A stretch of DNA of 33,498 bases from a virus (taxonomy: Duplodnaviria > Caudoviricetes): positions 1 to 33,498 of IMG/VR virus record IMGVR_UViG_3300017700_000439. One strand, written 5' to 3'. The position numbers and the translations under genes are program-made. The notes beneath the pieces are model-generated. The model did no database searches, was not told the DNA's origin, and saw only the letters and a program-made list of their open reading frames with translations. Position 1 is the stretch's first letter, and every line of letters starts with the position of its first letter. Shown here in pieces: positions 1 to 7,745 of this stretch.

Positions 1-1
1 A

Positions 2-316
2 GAACTCGACCTCGGGGTGGATGAATCGCAGGTCAACTCGGTCGGCAAGGATGAGCTGGTCGGCATCCGGGGTACCCTTCAGGTGTTCACCCGGAACGGC
101 TGGCAGAACATCAAGAACGTCAAGATCGAGGACGACGGCACCAACGAGTACGCTGCCGAGGCAGCGGCTGAGCCGGAGGCCGAGGCTCCCGTAGCCAAGG
201 CCCCTGCTGCTCGCGCTCCGCGTGCCGCTGCTGCCAAGGCTCCCGCTGTCGCGCAGCAGCGCGCGGCGGCTGCCGGGGTGAAGGCCAACCCCTTCGCCAA
301 GCCCGCACAGGGCTAG
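2..316 (+). CDS. 5'-truncated putative ssDNA-binding (DUF669-like) protein
   Basis: Frame open from the window edge. The DELVGIRGTLQV...QNIKNV strand pattern is followed by an acidic then Ala/Pro-rich tail, upstream of the primase. Function inferred. Confidence 0.45.
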   Translation, partial: ELDLGVDESQVNSVGKDELVGIRGTLQVFTRNGWQNIKNVKIEDDGTNEYAAEAAAEPEAEAPVAKAPAARAPRAAAAKAPAVAQQRAAAAGVKANPFAKPAQG

Positions 317-323
317 TTAGACT

Positions 324-362
324 GGGTGCCCTGCCGACTTCCCCCGATCCGGCAGGGCATCC
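324..362 (+). terminator. GC-rich hairpin after the SSB-like gene
   Basis: GGGTGCCCTGCCG (324-336) pairs with CGGCAGGGCATCC (350-362), 13-nt loop, only a weak U-tract. Confidence 0.5.
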
Positions 363-365
363 TTC

Positions 366-432
366 GGGACTGTAGCTTATGGAATGCTCCGGCTCATGAC
401 CGGCCATAGAGGTTCGATTCCTCTCAGTTCCA
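366..432 (+). tRNA. tRNA-like gene, anticodon CAT (Met/Ile2), atypical
   Basis: Acceptor GGGACTG/CAGTTCC, T-arm AGAGG-TTCGATT-CCTCT, anticodon arm CCGG-CTCATGA-CCGG (CAT at 395-397). D-arm is short and no CCA is encoded after the discriminator. Confidence 0.65.
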
Positions 433-447
433 CGGACACACGCACGA

Positions 448-1032
448 TTGGAAATCGCATTGGACGAGACGCAGGAACTCACCGAGTTCTTCGAGTACAT
501 CTGGGGCACCGAGCCGCCCCTCGACAAGGCCTGCTTCGTCTACCTGCCGCTCAAGGAGGACGACGGCAGTCCGCAGGGCAACTGGACCAAGTTCATGTTC
601 GCGTGGCCCCGACAGAAGGCTGCTGTCGTGCGCCACGTGCTCAAGTACGCGGCCAACCCCAACGTGGACGTGTTCTACTCCCCGGCGCTCTTCGGCGCGG
701 CCATCCCGAAGAAGGAGAACGTGATCGGGAGCTGGGTCCTTTGGGTGGACTTTGATGGCAACGCCCCGACCGACTGGACCGATCTCGTAGACGACCTGAA
801 GGTGCCCGAGCCGACACTCGTCATCCAGTCCTCAATCCCCGGCCACGAGCACACCTACTGGAAGCTCTCGACCTTCCTCGACATCCCGACCACGCTCGAA
901 GAGCGCAACCGCTCGCTGGCCTATGCTCTCCACGCCGACACCAGCGGTTGGGACGCTGACCAGATTCTGCGGCCCCCGTTCACCATCAACCGCAAGAGGG
1001 ACATCCCCGTGACGATCAAGAGCTGGGCATGA
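448..1032 (+). CDS. RepB-type (archaeo-eukaryotic primase superfamily) DNA primase catalytic domain
   Basis: Motifs LWVDFDG, PTLVIQSS.PGHEHTYW and ILRPPFTINRK match the RepB DNA-primase pattern. TTG start at 448 or 460. Confidence 0.8.
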   Translation: MEIALDETQELTEFFEYIWGTEPPLDKACFVYLPLKEDDGSPQGNWTKFMFAWPRQKAAVVRHVLKYAANPNVDVFYSPALFGAAIPKKENVIGSWVLWVDFDGNAPTDWTDLVDDLKVPEPTLVIQSSIPGHEHTYWKLSTFLDIPTTLEERNRSLAYALHADTSGWDADQILRPPFTINRKRDIPVTIKSWA

Positions 1033-1487
1033 GCGACGACCACGACGAGCATCTCGCCATCCACAAGCAGTTCATGAACCTCTCATTGCCCAACGAGTAC
1101 CTGACGAGCGTCTATGACGGCCTTACTCAGCACGTCAACGAGCACTTCAACATCCTCAAGTACGGAACAGAGTGGGCGCGCAAGAGCCATACGGTCAAGC
1201 ATTCTGTCGAGGACCTCACAGCGAAGCAGGCAGAGCGCGATGAGTTCTTGACCCGTTGGAGGGCGCTGAACGAAGAGGGTGAGGCCAAGGGATGGCTTGA
1301 GGACTACGGAGACGGCCTCTTCCCTGTCGAGTTGCCTGAGTTCACCTACGAGACCGTCTATGACGAGACCGAGGAAGAGTGGGAAGCTCGCAAGGCCACA
1401 CTTCCCGAGACAGTGACATTCCGTGTCATTTCAGACCGCAACGTTCCCCCCGGTGAGAGTTTCATCGTGCCGGATGACCTCTCATGA
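1029..1487 (+). CDS. hypothetical acidic protein between primase and helicase
   Basis: 152-aa ORF with ATGA overlaps to both neighbours; no recognisable motif. Confidence 0.75.
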   Translation: MSDDHDEHLAIHKQFMNLSLPNEYLTSVYDGLTQHVNEHFNILKYGTEWARKSHTVKHSVEDLTAKQAERDEFLTRWRALNEEGEAKGWLEDYGDGLFPVELPEFTYETVYDETEEEWEARKATLPETVTFRVISDRNVPPGESFIVPDDLS

Positions 1488-2746
1488 GCACGACATACAC
1501 GCTGGACGACTTCAACCTCGTCCCGAGCGCCAAGGAGATCGTCTACGGCAACGTCGATCTCGAAGCCCTGCCCTCTGTCGAAGAGGTCCAGAAGCTCGCG
1601 CGCTGGACACCCGACATGCTGGAGCTGTTCAGCAAGGATGCTGACCACTTCGCAGGCGTAGCCGGTGAGAAGCAGGACCGCTCAGCAGCGATGGCGCGGC
1701 TGGCCTACTACGGCGCTGAGATGGGCTGGGACGACCAGCAGATCGCTGCCGTGCTCTACGACGCCGACGACAGGTGGGGCAAGTACAAGGATCGCCGTGA
1801 CCGTGAGAAGCGCCTGCTCGACTTCGTGAACCGGGCGCGCGCCAAGCACGGCTATTCGACAGTGACGGCAGTAGACCTGAGCCGCTTCGCCAAGCGCGAG
1901 TTCGAGGTAGTCGAGCCGGATCAGGCCGCTCGGCCACTAGTGTGGGGCTTCGATGACTTCGTGCAGGCCGACTTCCCGATCAATTGGATGCTGGAGGGGC
2001 TGCTCGCACAGGGCGGCCTCGGCCTCATCACCGGCTTCCCCGGCACGGGCAAGACCCAGTTCGGCATCGCCCTCGGCGCGCATCTCGCGCTCGGGGCTGA
2101 CAAGTTCCTGAAGTGGGATAACGTGTCGGGCCACAAGAAGGTGCTCTTCCTGTCGCTGGAGATGGGTCCGGCCCCGCTCAACCTCTTCATGACGACGATC
2201 TCCAAGGGCTACAGCGACATGCGGACTCTGAACAAGAACCTGCTCGTCGGGCCGTTCGGTGAGCCACTCCCGCTCGACACCAAGGAGGGGCAGGCCTTCC
2301 TCAACAACCTGCTGGACGAGTACATGCCGGACGTGATTATCATCGACTCGCTTCAGGCTGTGATCTCGAAAGAGATGACCGACGAGTTGAGCGTCAAGGC
2401 GTTCTTCCACTACCTGTCGGTTGTGCGCGAGAAGTACCGTTGCGCGATGGTCGTCATCCACCACAACCGCAAGAAGTCGAACGACAACCAGAAGAAGGAG
2501 ATCGAGCAGAGCGATGTCTACGGCTCGACTTACATCGTCGCAGAAGTTGACTTCGTGTTGTCACTTTCCCTGCCCGAGCCGTCGAACACCAGTCTGCTGA
2601 AGGCGACCATGCTCAAGACGCGCCTCGGCAAGCAGATCACTCCGTTCGAGATGTACCGGGATGAGAACCTCGGCTTCTCCATCGACTTCGACAACCTCAT
2701 GCACCAGTTCCCTGTCAAGGAAGGCACGGCACCCCTCGATGTCTAA
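1484..2746 (+). CDS. primase C-terminal helical domain fused to SF4/RepA-like (AAA_25) helicase
   Basis: N-terminal DRSAAMARLA..GAEMGW primase-accessory motif, Walker A GFPGTGKT, LSLEM, Walker B IIIDS, IHHNRK. Confidence 0.85.
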   Translation: MSTTYTLDDFNLVPSAKEIVYGNVDLEALPSVEEVQKLARWTPDMLELFSKDADHFAGVAGEKQDRSAAMARLAYYGAEMGWDDQQIAAVLYDADDRWGKYKDRRDREKRLLDFVNRARAKHGYSTVTAVDLSRFAKREFEVVEPDQAARPLVWGFDDFVQADFPINWMLEGLLAQGGLGLITGFPGTGKTQFGIALGAHLALGADKFLKWDNVSGHKKVLFLSLEMGPAPLNLFMTTISKGYSDMRTLNKNLLVGPFGEPLPLDTKEGQAFLNNLLDEYMPDVIIIDSLQAVISKEMTDELSVKAFFHYLSVVREKYRCAMVVIHHNRKKSNDNQKKEIEQSDVYGSTYIVAEVDFVLSLSLPEPSNTSLLKATMLKTRLGKQITPFEMYRDENLGFSIDFDNLMHQFPVKEGTAPLDV

Positions 2747-2942
2747 CTCTCACCCCGAATACCGTGCGGTGTTCTCGTATCCAGCGAGTTATCTGGGGCC
2801 GATCGAGGACAGCTATGGCCCTCCCCGGCTCTCTGAGAAGGAGACCGAGCAGGATCGCCCGTGGCGGCCTGAAGAGTCGCTGGGATGGCGAAGTGGGACC
2901 CAGACCCGCGAGGTAACCGATTGGGCCGCGACAGATGCCTAA
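2739..2942 (+). CDS. hypothetical protein (67 aa)
   Basis: ATG at 2739 overlaps the helicase end and the stop overlaps the polymerase start, filling the gap exactly. Confidence 0.6.
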   Translation: MSNSHPEYRAVFSYPASYLGPIEDSYGPPRLSEKETEQDRPWRPEESLGWRSGTQTREVTDWAATDA

Positions 2943-4794
2943 GAGCTACCGCGAGGATGAGGGTGTAGCCCTCCTGACGGCCCTGTACGAGCGCCCGGAC
3001 GTGCCGATGGCCGCAGACACCGAGACGACCGGCCTGCGGGTCGCTGACCCCCAAGGAGACCGCTGCATCGGGGTCTCCATCGCCTGCGTCATTGACGACG
3101 TGCCCTACAGCCACTACTTCGCGACAGATCACTCGACAGGGGTCAATGTTTCACGTGAAACGGTCGAGATGCTGGAGTACGTGCTCACCCAGCCCGAGCG
3201 CCTGCTGATCTTCGCCAACGTGCAGTTCGACATCGCCTCCATTGAGACCATCGACGGCACGCGCCTCGATGATACCGACTTCATCGACATCTGCACGATG
3301 GCCCACCTGTGCAACGAGAACCAGCCCCGCAACAAGGGTGTCGAGTCGCTCGCGCAGTGGTATCTAGGCGAAGAGGGCAAGATCAAGGACGACTTCGTGG
3401 AGAAGGAGAAGAAGTCCGGCAACAAGAACATCACCCCCGAGCAGATGTGGGACTACGCCTGCATGGATGCCGTCTCTACGTGGCGCATCTGGTTCCAGCT
3501 ACTCGATCACCCGGTCTGGAAGGCCCTGCCCGAGAACATCTGGCCGGATAAGCAAGAGCTGATCCGCACCCTGCTGGAGATGAAGCGCAGGGGTGTCAAG
3601 ATCGACCAGCGCGTAGCGCGCGAGAACGTCGCTGAGGGCGAGAAGCGGATGAAGGAGCTGGCCAAGGAGCTGGGCTACCCCGCGATCCCCAAGAAGCCGA
3701 CTCGGATGTACCCGAACCCTGACCCGGACCCGCTGCCCGTGCTTGGCCCCATCGCATTGACAGAGATTTTCATCGAGCGACTCGGCCTCCCCGTGCTGAA
3801 GAAATCAGCCAAGACGAACAAGCCCAGCTTCGACAAGACGGTGATGGAGCAGTACGACGAGATGCTGGAGCTGCTCGACAGCAAGGAAGCAGCCCTCGTG
3901 AAGGAGTACAGGGGCTGGCAGAAGGCCGTGAGCGCCGCGTACAGGCCCTATCTGGAGCTGGTTGGGGCTGACGGGCGGCTCCGGTGCTCCTACAAGACGC
4001 ACGGCACCGTCACAGGCCGCCTGAGCTGTTCAGAGCCGAACCTCCAGCAGGTCCCGAAGAGCAGTGACAAGGCGTGGAACGGCAAGGTCAAGGAGTGCTT
4101 CATCGCACGCGAGGGTTACACCCTCATCAACGCTGACTTCAGCCAGCTCGAACTGCGCCTCGGCACGGCCTACGCGGGGGAGGCTGGCCTCAAGCAGGTG
4201 TTTGAGGAAGGCCGCGACATCTTCACGGAGATGAGCAAGCAGCTTGGCATGGAGCGCCACGACACCAAGACGCTGGTCTACTCGATGCAGTACGGCGCGG
4301 GCATCAATCGGATCATGACCGCCTTCGGCGTCACGAAGCCCCGTGCGGACCAGATCAGGAACAATTACTTCAACTCCTACCCCCTCTTCAAGGTGCTGGC
4401 CGACAGGTGCTCGGCGTCCGCTGAGGCCACCGGTAAGGTCAAGCTGTGGACTGGGCGCTACCGTCACTTCCAGTTCGCGAGTGAGAGCTTCAAGGCCATG
4501 AACTCGGTCATTCAAGGCGGGGCCGCCGACATCGTGGAGCGCGTGATGGTGCGCTGCTTCCGCGAGCTGGACAACCCCGACTGCCAGATGCTGCTTCAGG
4601 TCCACGACAGCATCACGTGGGAGGTCAAGAGCGAGCTGGTCGAAGAGTACATCCCCCGCATCAAGGCCCTCATGGAGGACGTGAGCGGCACGGTCAGGCA
4701 CGACGACTTCAACGTGCGGTTCGCTGTGGATGTCGATTTCTGGACCGAGCGAGAAGAGCGCGTCTACAAGGAGTACATGGGGTTGGCAGCATGA
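2935..4794 (+). CDS. polA: family A DNA polymerase with 3'-5' exonuclease
   Basis: ExoI DTETTG, ExoII NVQFD, ExoIII YACMDA; TGRLSCSEPNLQQ; motif A DFSQLELR; motif B KTLVYSMQYG; motif C QVHD. Confidence 0.97.
   Translation: MPKSYREDEGVALLTALYERPDVPMAADTETTGLRVADPQGDRCIGVSIACVIDDVPYSHYFATDHSTGVNVSRETVEMLEYVLTQPERLLIFANVQFDIASIETIDGTRLDDTDFIDICTMAHLCNENQPRNKGVESLAQWYLGEEGKIKDDFVEKEKKSGNKNITPEQMWDYACMDAVSTWRIWFQLLDHPVWKALPENIWPDKQELIRTLLEMKRRGVKIDQRVARENVAEGEKRMKELAKELGYPAIPKKPTRMYPNPDPDPLPVLGPIALTEIFIERLGLPVLKKSAKTNKPSFDKTVMEQYDEMLELLDSKEAALVKEYRGWQKAVSAAYRPYLELVGADGRLRCSYKTHGTVTGRLSCSEPNLQQVPKSSDKAWNGKVKECFIAREGYTLINADFSQLELRLGTAYAGEAGLKQVFEEGRDIFTEMSKQLGMERHDTKTLVYSMQYGAGINRIMTAFGVTKPRADQIRNNYFNSYPLFKVLADRCSASAEATGKVKLWTGRYRHFQFASESFKAMNSVIQGGAADIVERVMVRCFRELDNPDCQMLLQVHDSITWEVKSELVEEYIPRIKALMEDVSGTVRHDDFNVRFAVDVDFWTEREERVYKEYMGLAA
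3147..3162. promoter_or_regulatory. parS-consensus site inside the polymerase gene
   Basis: TGTTTCACGTGAAACG; core GTTTCACGTGAAAC (3148-3161) is the perfect actinobacterial parS palindrome. Confidence 0.7.
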
Positions 4795-5069
4795 GCGCTC
4801 GGGGAACGTCAAACACCAATGTCAGAGGCTCAGCCGCGTCTCGGCGGGCACGCAAGGCGTGGCTGCTGGTCACCTTCGGGGACGGCTACACGGCCCCCTG
4901 CTTCTACTGCGGGGAAGAGCTGGACTGGTTCACGATCACTGTGGATCGCATCGTCGCGGGCATCCTTGGTGGCACATACCGTAGGGGTAACATCCGACCA
5001 GCCTGCATGAGGGACAACTCGGTCGAGGGCAGCAAGCTCCGTGACGAGCTGAGAAGGGCACGAGCATGA
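4791..5069 (+). CDS. HNH-like endonuclease
   Basis: CFYC...TVDRI...GG.Y..GNIRPAC..DN pattern; ATG at 4791 overlaps the polymerase stop. Confidence 0.75.
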   Translation: MSARGTSNTNVRGSAASRRARKAWLLVTFGDGYTAPCFYCGEELDWFTITVDRIVAGILGGTYRRGNIRPACMRDNSVEGSKLRDELRRARA

Positions 5070-5266
5070 ATGTGTCGAGACCCAGCGAGATGCCTGTGAA
5101 CTGGGATAAGGCTATCCACATCAAGAGCAAGCGCGGCGAGCCGCTGGAGGCCGCACGCATCTACGGGTGGGACGCATTTCGTGTCCGTACCCGCTACTCA
5201 AACGGGAAGGGAATCATCATGGCACTGTCGGAGATCGACCTCAAGAATCGGGTACTGCGAAAGTGA
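5066..5266 (+). CDS. hypothetical protein (66 aa)
   Basis: 4-nt overlaps with both neighbours. Confidence 0.65.
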   Translation: MNVSRPSEMPVNWDKAIHIKSKRGEPLEAARIYGWDAFRVRTRYSNGKGIIMALSEIDLKNRVLRK

Positions 5267-5691
5267 GCTTCGTTGTCAGCATCGACCCCGGAGACACCTG
5301 CGGAGTGGCTCTGTGGAGTGAGCACGGGCACCTGCACTGGAAGCGCAGCATGTCGCTCGAAGAATTCGAAGTCTGGGCTGACAAAATTGACGTAGAAGTG
5401 TCAGTAGTTGTCTGCGAAAACTACGTCTCTCGTCCCGGCCAGCGGTACGAGAAGAAGGGGTCGAAGATGAAGGCCTCACAGGGTCTCGGCATGGCTAAGC
5501 TTCTCGCTCGCAGGCTCCAGGCCAAGTTCGTGCAGCAGCAACCCGACATCCTCCGCATCACCGCCCTGCACGCCGGGATCAAGGTCCCGCAGAAGGGCCA
5601 CATTGACGACGACGTGAGCGCCTACCTGCACGGTTTCCGATACTTCGTGTCAATCGGCACGCTCAAGCCCGTCTTGCAGCAGGGGAGCTAA
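5263..5691 (+). CDS. RuvC-like Holliday junction resolvase
   Basis: GTG at 5263; SIDPGDTCGVA, VVVCENY and HIDDDVSAYLHG match the RuvC/RNase H-fold catalytic pattern. Confidence 0.8.
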   Translation: MSFVVSIDPGDTCGVALWSEHGHLHWKRSMSLEEFEVWADKIDVEVSVVVCENYVSRPGQRYEKKGSKMKASQGLGMAKLLARRLQAKFVQQQPDILRITALHAGIKVPQKGHIDDDVSAYLHGFRYFVSIGTLKPVLQQGS

Positions 5692-5730
5692 CACCCTAAG
5701 CTGTAGGTACGTGCATCCAATCGCGTGTGT

Positions 5731-5773
5731 GGCCCCTTGCCAGTCTCCCTTCGGGGGTGTGAAGCAAGGGGCC
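5731..5773. terminator. bidirectional terminator between converging operons
   Basis: GGCCCCTTGC pairs with GCAAGGGGCC and encloses an inner CCC-TTCG-GGG hairpin; lies between + and - gene ends. Confidence 0.75.
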
Positions 5774-5784
5774 TTCGCTTTGCG

Positions 5785-6099
5785 CTAGACGCGCTCGGGG
5801 TACTTGAACTTGCGCTCTCCGTCACCCTCTGCGACGGACGTGACCCACAGGGAGTCGTTGCCGTCGAGGAACACCTGACCGTTGACGCTGGCCTCTGAGG
5901 TATCCCCCCAGACACGGGTGATGAGCATCGGGAAAACGTCTCCCGCGTGTGCTGCGTTCCCGACATGCACCTGCACTCCAGTCGAAGCATCTCGATGCTC
6001 CGCAAGGTGCGCCTGCGTGTCGGCCCTGCGCTTGTTGATCGCCTGAGCGTCACCCTCCGTGAGGGTGTAGCGAACGATCCTGCCAATGGCGTGTGCCAT
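5785..6099 (-). CDS. conserved-type phage hypothetical protein
   Basis: IGRIVRY...GN....GD.FP..I.RV...VNGQVFLDG.D.LWVTSV pattern recalled from uncharacterised phage proteins; good RBS. Confidence 0.8.
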   Translation of the reverse strand: MAHAIGRIVRYTLTEGDAQAINKRRADTQAHLAEHRDASTGVQVHVGNAAHAGDVFPMLITRVWGDTSEASVNGQVFLDGNDSLWVTSVAEGDGERKFKYPERV

Positions 6100-6137
6100 G
6101 TCTCTACCTCTTTCTTAGTAGTGGGACAGAGGGCAGT

Positions 6138-6479
6138 TTATCGCTTGCGCCGGAACCGAGCCAGCCATGCCCAGCGATTGAACGGATAGTGCTTCTGCAC
6201 TCGCATGAGCTGGATGACTTCGACCCAGTAGAAGTACACGATGGCCGAGAACACCACGAGCCGGACGTACTCACGGCCAATGTAGGAGACCCCGAAGAAG
6301 ATGCTCAGCAGCACCACGATGACGAGGCTCAGCAGCGCGAGCTTCTTCCTCATGTTGTTCCGGCCCTCAGGGGTGATGTTGTAGGGCGAGAACAGAAAGT
6401 ATCGGACGACGAAGAATCCGATGGGAACGAGAGCGCTGAGCAGCACGAAATCCGCGACGTTGTTGACAAACTCAGTCAT
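6138..6479 (-). CDS. membrane protein, possible holin
   Basis: Three hydrophobic segments and a basic C-tail; GGAGG RBS before ATG 6479. Confidence 0.7.
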   Translation of the reverse strand: MTEFVNNVADFVLLSALVPIGFFVVRYFLFSPYNITPEGRNNMRKKLALLSLVIVVLLSIFFGVSYIGREYVRLVVFSAIVYFYWVEVIQLMRVQKHYPFNRWAWLARFRRKR

Positions 6480-6693
6480 TGATCTTGCCTCCATAGGCAG
6501 CGTACAGCAGGTCCCGGTAGTGATTGCGGGTGTAGTGCCCGTTGACCGACTCCACCACCTGCTTCACGCCCTCGACACGGCCCTCGGCTGCTCGCAGAGC
6601 CTGTCGGCTCTTCTCGATGGCAGCCTTGCGCTCCACCACGTCGTCAGGAACGACCGGAATAGTGGGGGCTGCCTTCTTCTGGAACCAGCTCAT
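6472..6693 (-). CDS. hypothetical coiled-coil protein
   Basis: 73 aa, coupled between two membrane-protein genes. Confidence 0.7.
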   Translation of the reverse strand: MSWFQKKAAPTIPVVPDDVVERKAAIEKSRQALRAAEGRVEGVKQVVESVNGHYTRNHYRDLLYAAYGGKIND

Positions 6694-7019
6694 GAGTCAA
6701 CCCTCTCACGTCCCCCAGTTTGGGGGGTAGGCAGACTGCTGAGAATCTTGTCCACCGAGGCACCAACAACGGTCAGGTCGTCCACGAGAGCTTGAAGGAT
6801 GTCACCCCGCTTTTCGCTCAGCTCCCACGCTGCCTTATAGTCGTCGCCTCGCTTGATGGCTTCCGCGATTCGGAGGTTCTGGACCCCGAGCAGGGTTTCG
6901 ACAGTAAACCTTGAGACGATCCAACCGCGAGCGAAGCTCGTGATGATAACGGCAATGGCCGACAAGCTGAGCGTGATTGGCGTCAGCGGTGACGCGGCAA
7001 TCGAGTCGATCCAGTCCAT
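6690..7019 (-). CDS. membrane protein with N-terminal TM segment
   Basis: TM helix followed by RGWIV and a coiled region; arrangement typical of actinophage lysis-associated clusters. Confidence 0.7.
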   Translation of the reverse strand: MDWIDSIAASPLTPITLSLSAIAVIITSFARGWIVSRFTVETLLGVQNLRIAEAIKRGDDYKAAWELSEKRGDILQALVDDLTVVGASVDKILSSLPTPQTGGRERVDS

Positions 7020-7022
7020 TCG

Positions 7023-7745
7023 CTACTCCCCCGGCAACCTCAATGCGATGCCATAGACATTACCGTAGACCTTGGCCCTCTGGGTCCTGCCGGTGGCACC
7101 GTTGGCTTCGATGATCTCCCCATTTCCCGCGTAGACAGCAATATGAGTGCCATCCTTCCACGCCACGAGATCACCGGGCCGTAGGTTAGCAATGCTGGTC
7201 CGCACACCGGGAATGCTCTGACCCTGCGCACGAGCGCTATGAGGAAGCTTGTAGCCGAGCTGGTTGTAGATGCTCATCACGAGGCCCGAGCAGTCAATTC
7301 CCTTGGTCGTGGTGCCTCCGAGAGCGTACTTAGTCCCGACGTAACTATTGGCCTGAGCTAGGGCTTGGTTTCGAGAGCTGCTCAACGTCCCGTCAGGCTT
7401 GTAGGCGGCCCCGACAGGGTTACCCCCACCAACACCAGCCTTCTGAGTAGCCGCTACTCGCTTGGCTTGGGTAGCCTGCGCGAGCTTGGTGAGTCGCTCT
7501 CCTGAGGCCTTCACGCTGTCCATGCGCTTCTGGGCCGAGAGCTGCACTGCGTTCTGCGCCTTGGGGGCGTTCGACAGAGCGAGCTGTGTCGGGGACTGCG
7601 AGATGATGCCTGCCCCGAGGCCTGCGTTGAGCTGGCCGACTTGCTGGTTGGCGTAGCTGGCCACTTGTGCTGAGGGCAGGGGCGCACCTGTCGTGGTGGC
7701 CGACTTCAACCCTGCGTTCGGGAGCGGGGTAGGGGTATATGCCAC
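7023..7745 (-). CDS. NlpC/P60 cell-wall peptidase, probably virion-associated
   Basis: Y..GG....GIDCSGLV, LPHSA, PGDLV, HIAVYAGNGEIIEA; low-complexity N-terminal half. Confidence 0.9.
   Translation of the reverse strand: MAYTPTPLPNAGLKSATTTGAPLPSAQVASYANQQVGQLNAGLGAGIISQSPTQLALSNAPKAQNAVQLSAQKRMDSVKASGERLTKLAQATQAKRVAATQKAGVGGGNPVGAAYKPDGTLSSSRNQALAQANSYVGTKYALGGTTTKGIDCSGLVMSIYNQLGYKLPHSARAQGQSIPGVRTSIANLRPGDLVAWKDGTHIAVYAGNGEIIEANGATGRTQRAKVYGNVYGIALRLPGE

Noticed and set aside
1413-1429. TGACA-ttccg-TGTCA inside the inserted ORF (also TTGACA-aactc-AGTCAT at 6463)
   Set aside because: Spacer is one base shorter than in all 17 counted sites, so it was excluded; it could be a degenerate copy.
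1029-1487. Possible intron, intein or ribosomal bypass in the primase-helicase
   Set aside because: No group I/II or intein signatures or homing nuclease motif; excision at the repeat does not restore a single frame; normal ATGA coupling explains the layout.
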